From the NCBI RefSeq assembly GCF_001194135.2, contig NC_068991.1, positions 56,480,233-56,532,047 on the forward strand: a DNA stretch of 51,815 bases, read 5' to 3'. The position numbers were made by a program, and so were the translations under genes. The stretch comes from Octopus bimaculoides (lineage: Eukaryota). The notes under the pieces were generated by a model, which saw nothing but the letters and a program-made list of their open reading frames with translations, was not told the origin of the DNA and searched no databases. Position 1 is the first letter of the stretch. Every line of letters begins with the position of its first letter. Shown here piece by piece: positions 1 through 11,367 of the stretch.

Positions 1-116
1 CCTTGTTTAAAAATTAAGTACCCGAGTAGATTGATTCGGCGAAACGAAAAACAAAAACAAAGAAATTTCAAAGCGAACCCCACCATTGCCACAGGGAGGT
101 GACTGAATCAATTAAC

Positions 117-152
<36 letters not shown>

Positions 153-213
153 ATAGATACATATTTATGTACGTGTGTGTGAATGTATTTACAGTCATAG
201 ATATACATATGTC

Positions 214-250
<37 letters not shown>

Positions 251-602
251 AATTATATGTATATGTGTGTGTGTGCGTGCGTGTGAATATGTGTGTGTAT
301 GTACGTATTTGTCTATGCAGAACAACCGTAAAACGCCGAAATGTTTGCAATCATGCAGTCTAGACAATGTTTTAAATGAGAAAAAAACATGAAAATTGCT
401 CAATTGTGTAGTCAAGTAGTCAAGGGAAGATAATTAGACAAACTTGTAGTTTTTATGAGGTCAAGCACGCATATACGTGTATATAAGTATATATGCAGAT
501 AGACGTGAATACTGCATGTACGAAGCGTGTACATATGTACATGCATAATATACGCAAATACATTTATATATGGATATGTGTGTCTGTACGCGTACGTATG
601 TT

Positions 603-870
603 AAGGTACGTGGCCTAGTGCCTAGGGCACTGCATCAACAATCGTCAGGTTGTGGTTTCGATTTCCAGACCAGCGGTGCATTTTTTTTTTTTAGCAAAAC
701 ACTTACTCTTGTCCATACAGCTGCAAATGGATAACCTTGCAGCTCATTGGTGTCTCGTTGAAGGAAACTGTTGGCCCATCCACTCAGGCAGCTGTGTAGC
801 ATCATTCAAAAGTCAAACCAATGCCAAGCGCTTTGTGACCAACCGTGTATAACAGCATCCGAACATTGGA
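603..870 (+). mobile_element. tRNA-derived SINE, family C2 (degenerate)
   Basis: Head AAGGTACGTGGCCTAGTGCCTAGG with B-box-like GGTTTCGATTTCC. The 3' part (GCATCATTCAAAAGTCAAACCAATGCCAAGCGCTTTGTGACC) is homologous to the copies at 9153 and 46087. Confidence 0.7.
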
Positions 871-939
871 TAGCCTGAATATGCAATTCCTGTGTGATAA
901 AAGTGACTTTCAAACAAGACCAACAATAAATTTCATATC

Positions 940-1093
940 TCTTTATGCTCTGAGTTCAAATTCCGCTGGGGTCGATTTTGTTTTTAATCCTTTGAAGTCG
1001 ATAAAAAAATACCAGTGGTGTACTGGTGTCGATCTAATCGACTTATCCTCTCCCTCCAAATTGCTGGCCTTGTACCAAAATTTGAAACCAATA
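940..1093 (+). mobile_element. SINE family A, 5'-truncated
   Basis: CTGAGTTCAAATTCCGC...GGTCGAT...TAATCGACTT...GCTGGCCTTGTACCAAAATTTGAAACCAATAT matches other family A copies in the window. Confidence 0.8.
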
Positions 1094-2325
1094 TAATAGT
1101 GCTGATGTAACACCTGGCCATCTGTGAGTGGGTGGATCACTGCGGGACACAAGAAGTCCTCATGAAAAACCACGAAACAATACCAGAATTGTGTTATGTG
1201 AAGGGTGCCGAGAGGAAGATGTAAAAAGCTTAACATTCAAACAAGACGACCTAGCTGCTTCATATGTAGCTGCAAAATCCAAACTAAAAGCTTTTGGGCA
1301 TAAATTCTAAAAGAACAATAGCAAAACCGACAAATTATCGTGGTCCTAGGGCGATACCAAGCAGAAATCATGAGCAGGCAAATAACTCTGCATCACCCTC
1401 ATTATCACTTTTCCAAATATAATCAGCGAAGACAATAAGAGTCATCCATAGTAACACCAGCTATTACAAGAATAAGACCAGCTAGTACTAATCGATCTGG
1501 AACTATCCCACCCGCAAAGCCAGGGATACGGCGAAGTCATGGATCTGTGTCAAAGTAAATTGCGAAGAGGTAGCCGAAGAGCTCAGCTGTGTCAATGGTG
1601 CTTTTTACATTGATGCTGAGCAGAGGAATCCTAGAAGTTCAACGGTCAGGATCACCAGGCTCTATGAAGAAAATAACTGTAACACATCCATAGGGGTGGT
1701 GTCCATGTTTGAGTAATCAGTTAATGACAGACTAATACTTTGATTCAAGTTCTCTATTTAAATTCATAATAATAGAATTAGATGACGACAAAAAGTCAGG
1801 GATATCCGCAAAAACAGTGAAAAAAAAAAAAAAAAAAAAAAAAAAGAATAAAAATCGGAAGAAGATTGATTGAGAGAAGCAGACGATCTAAAAAACATAA
1901 TCGAAAATAGACCAAAGGAAAAAAAAATATTAAAATACTATAAAGAAGGATGGAGAGTTATATCTCCTACAAAGAAGTAACTCTCTCCGCAGAGGAAAGT
2001 ACCATATTACGTATGTAGGACTAATATCTTATGAGTGGAAGCCAAGGAAATGAAATTTACAGTCAATCGCAAGAGAAGCAAAGTTGTCTCTGTATTCGTG
2101 CGTTTGTATAAGGTATCGAAACCATAGTGTGTTCAGGCGAGGTCTCCAGAAGGGTTGGCTTATATTTTATATCTCCTGTTCTCTCGCAATGTCTGTTTGA
2201 GTTTTATCGTTTCCTATTTTCATGTAATAAACTCGTGTTTTAAAAGATTGCGCTTTTTTTGTGTCTCTTCTCAAAATTCTAGTGAGTTTTTTCTCGTTTC
2301 GTTTTTTTTTTGCGCTGTATAGTTT

Positions 2326-2623
2326 NNNNNNNNNNNNNNNNNNNNNNNNNNNNNNNNNNNNNNNNNNNNNNNNNNNNNNNNNNNNNNNNNNNNNNNNNNN
2401 NNNNNNNNNNNNNNNNNNNNNNNNNNNNNNNNNNNNNNNNNNNNNNNNNNNNNNNNNNNNNNNNNNNNNNNNNNNNNNNNNNNNNNNNNNNNNNNNNNNN
2501 NNNNNNNNNNNNNNNNNNNNNNNNNNNNNNNNNNNNNNNNNNNNNNNNNNNNNNNNNNNNNNNNNNNNNNNNNNNNNNNNNNNNNNNNNNNNNNNNNNNN
2601 NNNNNNNNNNNNNNNNNNNNNNN
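2326..2623. other. Assembly gap (first of 14 N-blocks: 2326-2623, 3703-3919, 8322-8973, 15538-16327, 18077-18841, 23608-23927, 27095-27396, 28388-28610, 29442-29595, 31645-32482, 34077-34087, 34651-34771, 40522-40984, 47018-47747)
   Basis: N runs seen directly. Most are flanked by (TA)n, (TG)n or (TAG)n tracts, as expected for short-read contig breaks. Confidence 0.98.
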
Positions 2624-2776
2624 ACATACTGAGAATTCAGAAATAGCAGTCAAAGAATTCAGAAATAGCAGAAATATCGCTATCTATTCATAAATATCGC
2701 TATCAATCTGGAGTAATAATTTGTAGTTTTGAAATCAGTAAGTTCTTTGACTGCTATTTCTGAATTCTCAGTATGT
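2624..2776. repeat. Perfect 34-bp inverted repeat with internal direct duplications
   Basis: ACATACTGAGAATTCAGAAATAGCAGTCAAAGAA (2624-2657) is the exact reverse complement of 2743-2776. GAATTCAGAAATAGCAG and AAATATCGCTATC each occur twice within the segment. Confidence 0.9.
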
Positions 2777-2950
2777 TGGAGAAGCAGGTTACTGTCAATC
2801 CCTATATATTTATGATTATAAATGTTTTTTACCGAAAAGGTTTTTTCATACTGAGCTACCCGGCAAAATTGTTAATTATTAATTTTATTACTAATTGACG
2901 ATTCCCTGCCCTGCATATCTATATATGTATATGTATGTATATAGACATAT

Positions 2951-3293
2951 ACTCTTCTAGTCTTTTATTTGTTTCAGTCGTTTGACTGCGGCCATGCTGG
3001 AGCACCGGCTTTAGTTGAACAACTCGACCTCAGCTCTTACCAACTCGACCTCACACCAACATCGGTTATCAATCGATGGTGGGGGGGGCATAGACACACA
3101 AATACATACATACATACACACACAGACACACACACATGTATATGCACGACAGTTTTCTTTCAGTTTCCGTCACAAGGCTATAATAAAATCCGCTCAAATG
3201 GTTATAATAAAAAACATTTACCTAAAGTGCCACGCAGTGGGACTGAACCCGGAACCATGTCATTGGGAAGCAAGCTTCTTACCACACAGTCAC
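2951..3293 (-). mobile_element. SINE family B (tRNA head, CCTTGGGCAAG-type CORE-like motif in better copies, internal CA/TA microsatellite)
   Basis: Minus strand reads GTGACTGTGTGGTAAGAAGCTTGCTTCCC...GGTTCCGGGTTCAGTCCCACTGCGTGGCAC and ends GGTGCTCCAGCATGGCCGCAGTCAAACGACTGAAACAAATAAAAG. Confidence 0.9.
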
Positions 3294-3359
3294 TATATTT
3301 GTATACAAACATACGTACATGCACACACATATAAACTTGTATATATGTTTATACACACG

Positions 3360-3390
<31 letters not shown>

Positions 3391-4071
3391 ACACACACAC
3401 ACACATATATATATATATACATACGCACACTACACACACACACACTACACAAACACATGCACTCACACACACACACTCGCACACTCACACTCACTCACTC
3501 ACTCACACACACACATTTTACAAGTCGAGCTTTTACTATCCCTCCGTTTTATGACTATTTCGTTTTGTTATTTCCTATCTGACACTTTTCTGTTTCGTTG
3601 TTTCCCCACCCACCCTCTCCCTCCCTCTCTCTCTCCCTACACACACACACACACACACACACGTGCACACACACGTACACATACACGCACACATATCATT
3701 ACNNNNNNNNNNNNNNNNNNNNNNNNNNNNNNNNNNNNNNNNNNNNNNNNNNNNNNNNNNNNNNNNNNNNNNNNNNNNNNNNNNNNNNNNNNNNNNNNNN
3801 NNNNNNNNNNNNNNNNNNNNNNNNNNNNNNNNNNNNNNNNNNNNNNNNNNNNNNNNNNNNNNNNNNNNNNNNNNNNNNNNNNNNNNNNNNNNNNNNNNNN
3901 NNNNNNNNNNNNNNNNNNNTTTTTTTTATCTTCATAAAATAAAATACATACATTTATCTTTCGTTTTTGTATTTGGTTTGCAAGATTCATGATGTAAAAT
4001 CGAGTGTTGAAACGAATTTTGTGATATTTCGGGAGAGTCATTACTCCAATAATGATGAACACACGCACAGT

Positions 4072-4279
4072 TATCTTCCGTTCGTTTCAACCATCAGACT
4101 GCGGCTATGTTTAATTTTTTTCCCTAGTACTTTATCTATAGGCCTCTTTTGCTGAACCGCTAAGTTACGGGGATATAAACATACCAACAACGGTTGTCAA
4201 GCGATGGAAGGGGACAAACACAAGCACGCACACGCTTATATACATACATGTATATGCATATAAACACACACACACACGC

Positions 4280-4315
<36 letters not shown>

Positions 4316-4469
4316 GTATATCCAACGAGCTTCTTTCAGATTCTATCTACCAAATCCACACACAAAGCTTTGGTCGGCCCGAGGCTATAATAGAAGACAC
4401 TTGCCCAAGATTCCACGCAGTGGGATTGAACCCAGGGCCATGTGGTTAGGAGGCAAATTTCTTACTACA
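4072..4469 (-). mobile_element. SINE family B
   Basis: Contains AGAAGACACTTGCCCAAG, CAAATCCACACACAAAGCTTTGGTCGGCCCGAGGCTAT and GCTGAACCGCTAAGTTACGGGGA, shared with the other B copies, plus an internal (CA)n. Confidence 0.88.
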
Positions 4470-4671
4470 ATATATAACGAATCTGTGATAATGAATAATA
4501 GAAAGCATGGGTAAAGATAGGTTTCGTTCCGAGATCCCAAGTTATCCTGAGCATTGTGGTTGGTCACTCGGGCGCCTTTTTGCCTGATTGACTGATCGCC
4601 GACCCGTGTAATAAAGCAACATTTTAGAAACGGTGAAACTTTTAAAAACATGTCCTGGAGCAGACATCTAT

Positions 4672-4734
4672 TCTAAGGGTAATTAAATCATAAATTAAAT
4701 CTAAGGGTAATTAAATTATAAATTAAATCTAAGG
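4672..4734. repeat. 28-bp tandem duplication (2.25 units)
   Basis: TCTAAGGGTAATTAAATCATAAATTAAA / TCTAAGGGTAATTAAATTATAAATTAAA / TCTAAGG. Confidence 0.9.
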
Positions 4735-4899
4735 AAATTTAAATAGCTCAAAAGGTTGAGAATAATTACGCTTAAACTAGTTAAAACAGGCAGAATATTG
4801 GAGACATATAATGTTGGAATACAAAACTTTATATAATGAAGAAAATATAAAAGCATTTAATAAAGAAAAAAATAAAAGAAAAATGGAAAACAATTAAAA

Positions 4900-6400
4900 T
4901 TTGCATAAAACATTGCTAAAGAAGACATTACCTGGAAGAGGGGAGGAGGAGAAAAGACGAGCAATGAATAATTGCTGAAATTCTACCAAAAATGATTGAA
5001 AGAAAGATAAAAGACTAAAGATTAAGATTGATAGAATACTCTAAATAAATCTGTTCTGGATGCAGAAAAGCAAAAGCGAAATGGCTGGATGATCAATGTC
5101 TAGAAATTGAAAAACTTAATAACCAACATAAATCGAAAGAATCACAAACAGCAAATGCCTGAGTAGACATAGTGGTAACATTAAAGAGAAAAATGGAAAC
5201 ATAGTGTTTATCCATGAGCAGCAGATTGCATCTAGATGGGTTGACTACATAAAAGAAACTGTACGATGAGGAGGAGAACAGACTTGCCTAATTTTCGAAG
5301 CTGTTAATGGAAACAAAATCTTGAAAGAAAATTTAGAAAAGGCAATGAAGTAATGAAAGATGGTGAGATAACTGGAGTAAATGAAACAGCAGCATGAAAC
5401 ATTAAAGGCATTAGATAACCACAACCTAGATTTAATAACAGACTTATGTAATGTAATATATGACAGTAGACACATAACTAACCGAGATGAAACAATCTAT
5501 CTTTGTTCTATTACCAAAGAGACTAAAAGCACAAAACTGCACACTTTAGAAGCGTAAGCTAAATGAGTCATGTGACTGAATTGCTAACTAAAAATATCAG
5601 CCACCAAAGAATTACATCAAAAATATGTAAGTCAACTGCAAAGTGGATTCAGACGAAGATTGAGAATTTGTGAAAGAATATTTAACCAATGAACCATATG
5701 TGAAAGCGCTGTGGACATAAATCAGAATGTTCACAAATGAATTATAAAGCAAACGAAGGCATTTGACATGAAGGGATGATCGAATGTCTGTCAGAATTTC
5801 GAATACTTTAAATTACGGGAAAAAATATACAGGAGATTAAACAGCTGTGGTAAAAATTGAACGGGGAAAACCCCCAGAATTTAAAATTAACCAAGTCACA
5901 AATAGTCGTGTGCTATCCTCTAATGTATTTAACCATACTATTCTGTAGTGTATTTAATGTATACACTTTTAACTGGTACTTCGTCGGTTACGACGACAAG
6001 GGTTCCAGTTCCGATCAACGGAACAGCCTGCATGTGAAATTAACGTGCAAGTGGCCGAGCACTCCACGGATACGTGTACCCTTTACGTAGTTCTCAGGGA
6101 CATTCAGCGTGACATGGAGTGTGACAGGAATTGAACTCACGTCCTTACGATCGCGAAACAAATAGCCTAACCACTAAACCACGTGCCTTCACAATGTACA
6201 CACTAAGATCTTTGGAAAAGAAGACGAGCCGGGAATGTTAGTATGGCGCATAGGCATCAGTTGCAGTCGATATAAAGACGACACTGCCTTACTAGCTTTC
6301 AACAGTGATGGTCTGCAGAGAATTATAACTACAGTATATGACAAAGGAATGTCTTACTGAATGAAAATATGTGGAGGAAACAAAAGCTTTGATAATCAGC
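4900..6400 (+). pseudogene. Decayed RTE-clade (BovB-like) LINE ORF fragment, reverse transcriptase region, interrupted by a SINE
   Basis: Frameshifted peptides KAKWLDDQCLEIEKLN, GNIKEKNGNIVF..RWVDYIKE, DLCNVIYDS, SIFVLLPK, QSGFRR, FNVYT/KIF and RYKDDTALLA (6268-6297, YADD equivalent) occur in the order expected for an RTE RT. Confidence 0.85.
5968..6192 (-). mobile_element. SINE family C1 with internal deletion and 12-bp target-site duplication
   Basis: Minus head GAAGGCACGTGGTTTAGTGGTTAGG...GTGAGTTCAATTCC and tail ...GTCGTCGTAACCGACGAAGTACC. Flanked by AATGTATACACT (5956-5967) and AATGTACACACT (6193-6204). Confidence 0.9.
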
Positions 6401-6439
6401 AAAGAACAACACTCATAACAAATATTGCAATAACGGGGT

Positions 6440-6812
6440 GACTCAACCTAGCAAACACCTAAGATAATACATTTGGGATATATTAGGCCTACCTGTACCC
6501 ATCTGGGCATCGGGCATCTTATTTCTGTACTAAGTAGAATGCTAAAAGTAAGGTTATTAGTCTTGTGCTCTATCCCACCGCCTTTCTTAACATGGGTCCG
6601 GAAACATCCATGCCGAATTATTGAAAAGACCGTTAACTGAAAGGACCAATGAAGCAAAAACATTTTCAAATGTGTATCTATCAAAGTAATTGTATATTTT
6701 TGCTTATACCCTTATTTTTGTTCCATTCTAAACAAAACTCTCCGACGAATGAAAACGTGAAACCCTGAGTAACAGTTTTTGTGATATTTTTGCTGTTTTC
6801 TAATAAAGTATA
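6440..6812 (+). mobile_element. Probable Penelope-like element 3' fragment with hammerhead-like terminal motif
   Basis: Motif CAAAACTCT-CCGACGA-ATG AAAA CGT-GAAA-CCCTGAG-TA-ACAGTTTTTG at about 6733-6781, followed by AATAAAG and (TA)n. The PLE assignment is inferred from architecture only. Confidence 0.45.
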
Positions 6813-6984
6813 TATATATATATAAACACACATATATTATATACTATTTATTATTTAATTGAACGCGACGCATCTATTTCCAAGTAAGCAAGTATATATA
6901 CATATATATATATATACACACATACATATATTTATATATATATGTGTGTATATATATATGTATGTATGTATGTATGTATCTGTG

Positions 6985-7210
6985 TGTGTGTCTTTGTGTC
7001 TGTGTTTGTCCTCCCATTACCTCTTGACAACCGGTGTTGGTGAGTTTACGTCCACGTAACTTAGATGTTCTACGAAAAATGACTAATAGAATTAATACTA
7101 GGCTTATAAAAATAAATGAAGTCCTCGTGTCGATTTGTTCGACTAAAATCTCTCCAGGCTGTGCTCTAGCATCGCCGCAGTCAAATGACTGAAACAAGTA
7201 AAAGAATAAA
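6985..7210 (+). mobile_element. SINE family B, 3' half (preceded by TA/TG microsatellite)
   Basis: GTGTTTGTCCTCCC...TTGACAACCGGTGTTGG...GTCGATTTGTTCGACTAA...GCAGTCAAATGACTGAAACAAGTAAAAG. Confidence 0.88.
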
Positions 7211-7216
7211 TGAATA

Positions 7217-7269
<53 letters not shown>

Positions 7270-7425
7270 CTCCGTGTTTTTCTCCTTGTCTCCGTATTCT
7301 TTCTGTTGAAGAGCGTAGCTCGAAACGTCAAAGACTTTCCGTATTCCCGAGCGTCATACTAATATATACTTTTGTTATTTACACCACCTGTCCTCGTCTG
7401 TTGTTATTTTTTGTATATTCTCCCA
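7270..7425 (+). mobile_element. Short PLE-type terminal element with type I hammerhead-like fold (CUGUUGA core)
   Basis: Stem I TCTTT (7298-7302)/AAAGA (7330-7334), core CTGTTGA (7303-7309) plus an extra A, stem II GAGC-GTA-GCTC, then GAAA-CGTC. Homologous to the elements at 15405 and 45383, and ends directly in (TA)n. Confidence 0.65.
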
Positions 7426-9078
7426 TATATATATATATATATATATATATACAGGTTATACATATATATATATATGTTATACATATATGTATATGTTATA
7501 CATACATGGATACATATATGTTATACATACATGTATATATATATATGTTATACACATATACATATTAGTACAAATTTTCGTATGGTCATAAATGAATACC
7601 AACATCCATTCACAATCATTATAAAAATACAAAAACAAAATACCCCAAAATCTAAAAACCACAGCTCGAGACGGTTGAAGACTTCTGGAACTGACAGTAC
7701 TTGAGAAAGGAAGGTGATATTTCTTTACACGTCGGCAAAGATCTTTTGAGCAGGTGTAACAAATACAGGTGTTGCATGCAGATAGCTAAAACACAACAAA
7801 CTATAATCAAATAAACAGATAACAGGTGGAATGGAATAAAAGCAATACAATTAGCGACTACAGTCTTTGAATATCTCTTATTTTGACATTAAATCAACGT
7901 AAGTCCAAGGTACTTTGACAGCAAGATAAACTAAACTGCGTTGTCGATGCTTGTATAAATATAGAGAAAGCAATGCTTAAATTTAACCAAATAAAATAAA
8001 ACACGTTTCTATACACGTGCAAACGAGTACAAGTCATAAGTATCGGTCTGCCTGTCTGCTTCTCTGTCTGCCTGTCTATCGTTTTGTGTGTATGTATGTA
8101 AGTATGTATGTATGCATGTATATATGTAATCATGTATGCGTGTGTGTATGTGTTTATGTATGTCGGTATCTATATATATGTATATATGTCAGTATAAGTA
8201 TATACGTATGAGTATGTGTGTGTATGTATGTATATATGTATATATGCATGCATGTATCTAGCTATCTATCATATATATATATATATATGTATATACATAA
8301 ATATATATATACATATATATANNNNNNNNNNNNNNNNNNNNNNNNNNNNNNNNNNNNNNNNNNNNNNNNNNNNNNNNNNNNNNNNNNNNNNNNNNNNNNN
8401 NNNNNNNNNNNNNNNNNNNNNNNNNNNNNNNNNNNNNNNNNNNNNNNNNNNNNNNNNNNNNNNNNNNNNNNNNNNNNNNNNNNNNNNNNNNNNNNNNNNN
8501 NNNNNNNNNNNNNNNNNNNNNNNNNNNNNNNNNNNNNNNNNNNNNNNNNNNNNNNNNNNNNNNNNNNNNNNNNNNNNNNNNNNNNNNNNNNNNNNNNNNN
8601 NNNNNNNNNNNNNNNNNNNNNNNNNNNNNNNNNNNNNNNNNNNNNNNNNNNNNNNNNNNNNNNNNNNNNNNNNNNNNNNNNNNNNNNNNNNNNNNNNNNN
8701 NNNNNNNNNNNNNNNNNNNNNNNNNNNNNNNNNNNNNNNNNNNNNNNNNNNNNNNNNNNNNNNNNNNNNNNNNNNNNNNNNNNNNNNNNNNNNNNNNNNN
8801 NNNNNNNNNNNNNNNNNNNNNNNNNNNNNNNNNNNNNNNNNNNNNNNNNNNNNNNNNNNNNNNNNNNNNNNNNNNNNNNNNNNNNNNNNNNNNNNNNNNN
8901 NNNNNNNNNNNNNNNNNNNNNNNNNNNNNNNNNNNNNNNNNNNNNNNNNNNNNNNNNNNNNNNNNNNNNNNNNATTAAATGGTTTTGATTTACTGTCAGG
9001 TGACTTTCGACCAACCCTGTATGTATATAACATTTATGTATATATAATTATATACATTCTTCTACGTATATTTACATG

Positions 9079-9121
<43 letters not shown>

Positions 9122-9152
9122 CTGTTTGTCTGTCTGTCTGTCTGTGTATGTT

Positions 9153-9465
9153 AAGGCTCATGACCTAGTGCTTAGGCGTTTTGCACGTGAGATCGTGGTT
9201 TCGATTCCACGACTGGATGCGCGTTGAGTTCTTCAGAAAAAAAAAAAAAACGTAACAAAATTTCATTTCAAGTTGCTCCAGTCCACTCGGCTGTAAATAG
9301 GTAACCGTTCCGACAGACAATCTCTTCCTATTAGGGAGAATGTTGGACTGCTCGTTCAGCCAGTGGGGTGGCATCATTCGAAACCTAAAACGATGCAAAA
9401 TGCATTGTGGCCAGCGATGCATAACAACATTCGATAGTTTGGTGGATCATGTGATCACGTGATAA
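9153..9465 (+). mobile_element. SINE family C2
   Basis: AAGGCTCATGACCTAGTGCTTAGG head, GGTTTCGATTCC B box, GTTGCTCCAGTCCACTCGGCTG and 3' GGTGGCATCATTCGAA...GTGATCACGTGAT. Confidence 0.82.
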
Positions 9466-9643
9466 ATGTACAGTCATGTATATACGTATATATACATGCA
9501 TACATACATACATAGATGTGTGTGTGTGTATACATTTAAGTGTAGTAGGCTGGAAACTTACAACTAGTATAGCAACACAAGACAAAGTGAGGACAGAGTG
9601 TAATTATTTTATCATGATTATTATTATTAGTAGTAGTAGTACT

Positions 9644-9728
<85 letters not shown>
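9644..9728. repeat. (CA)n microsatellite, representative of dozens of di-, tri- and tetranucleotide tracts in the window
   Basis: Uninterrupted CA run seen directly. Confidence 0.98.
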
Positions 9729-9729
<1 letters not shown>

Positions 9730-9732
9730 GTG

Positions 9733-9945
9733 GTGAGCAGGCAGAGAAAATTGCGCCGGAGAAAATGTGGAGAGATTCCTTCCAGCTCTTTACGTTCTGA
9801 GTGAGTCCAAATCTCGAGGAGATCAAGTTTGCTGGTCATTCTTAGAGACCCGATAAAATAAAGTACCAGCCAAGTACTGGCGTTAACGTAGTAGACTCAT
9901 CCCCTCTCCTCAACATACTGGCCTTGTGCAAAACTGTGAAAGAAT
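9733..9945 (+). mobile_element. SINE family A, highly degenerate
   Basis: GAGCAGGCAGAG...GCCGGAGAAAATG...TTACGTTCTGAGT...GATAAAATAAAGTACCAG...CTGGCCTTGTGCAAAA. Confidence 0.6.
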
Positions 9946-10150
9946 CCATCCATTCATCCATCCATCCATCCGTCCGTCCGTCCGTCCGTCCGTCCGTCTG
10001 TCTGTTATATTGGTAGAGTTAAAATCCAAGCTGTCTTCTTGAAGCACATCTGGTTATTCCAGTATTCCAAAATCTTATGTAGATTTTATATCTGTGTGAG
10101 GTATGCATAAGAGTAGAAAATTCTGGAAAATAGTTTTTGCAGTGCAATTA

Positions 10151-11367
10151 TTGGGTTGGCAAGAAAGTAATTTCGTTTTTTTAGTGCGAAATAAAAGTCA
10201 TTTATTTATCATACAAAGAATGAACTTTAATCATTCATATATTTTCCATTTTGTTCATTGACCTTTTGCCATCTTTCTGGCAACTTCATGATTCCAAGTG
10301 TGATTTCAAGTCATCATCATTATTGAAAGTTTTACCAATCAAAGAATTTTGCAAACTTCAAAATAAATGGTAATCTGATGGTGCAAGGTCAGGGCTATAT
10401 GGTGGATATGACATCACTTCCCAACTAAGCTCCAATAATTTTTCACGAGTTAGCAAAAATCTGTGTGGTCTAGCGTTGTAATGGTGGAACACGATTCCTT
10501 TACGATTTGCCAATTCTGGCGGGTTTTTTTTTTATTGCTTCCTCTAGTTTCATTAGTTATTGACAATAAACATATAAATCGGTCGTTTGGTTCCTTGGAA
10601 GCAGCTCAAAATATACAACACCTTTGTAATCCCACCAAATTGACAGCATAACCTATTTTGATGCAATTCATCTTTCGATGTGGTTTGTGATGGTTCATTA
10701 CGCTTGGTTCACGATCGTTTTCGATTGATGTTATTGTAGACAATCCATTTTTCAGCACCAGTTATGATGCGTTTCAAAATAATTAAAAAAAAAAAGATCG
10801 ATTTCATTGCGTTTGAGATGTATATCGCAAACATTGATTCGTTGTGTTAAATGAATCTCGTTCAATTTGTGTGAGACCCAAATATCGAGCTTCTTAACGA
10901 GTCTGAGATATTTTAAGTAATTTTCAATTGTTGTATATGACACATTTAACCTCTTTGCAATCTCTCGCACCGTTGTATGACAATCAGATTCAAATATGGT
11001 TTTGATTCGGTCATCATCAACTTCAGTAGGTCGACCAGAACGTTGGTCATCTTTGAGTGAAAAATTTCCAGAACGGAATTTTTAAAACCATTTCTGACAT
11101 ATGCGTTCTATCAAGAACTCAACACCATAAACTTCACATATCTCTTTGTGAGCCTCAGCAACCTTTTCACCTTTACGGAAATAAAAGAAAGCAAAATATG
11201 GCGAACATATTCGTTTTTGCACTCCATGTTAAAATTAACACTGAACTAACAGCTGTAAATAAAAATTGCGCGCAATTTGCTTCTAAAGTATCATTGACAA
11301 AAATCATTTTAAAAAATCGTAACTCTATCAATTTGTGAAAAACAAAATTACTTTCTTGCCAACTCAA
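10151..11367 (-). mobile_element. Full-length mariner transposon (mellifera-subfamily-like), 1217 bp
   Basis: 30-bp TIRs with 2 mismatches: TTGGGTTGGCAAGAAAGTAATTTCGTTTTT (10151-10180) and AAAAACAAAATTACTTTCTTGCCAACTCAA (11338-11367). Left flank TA, right flank TG. Confidence 0.95.
10227..11227 (-). pseudogene. Inactivated mariner DD34D transposase
   Basis: MECKNEYVRHILL..KGEKVAEAHKEICEVYG...RSGRPTEVDDD...TVREIA...DIWVSHKL (WVPHEL)...KWIVYNN...WWDYKGVVYFELL...FHHYNARPH (second catalytic D reads Y)...HPPYSPDLAPSDYHLF. Stops and frameshifts are present. Confidence 0.93.

Noticed and set aside
8216-9154. Long ORFs in the track (for example 312, 402, 438 and 530 aa) spanning N blocks
   Set aside because: Their length comes from N codons translated as X plus flanking microsatellites. 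They carry no coding information.
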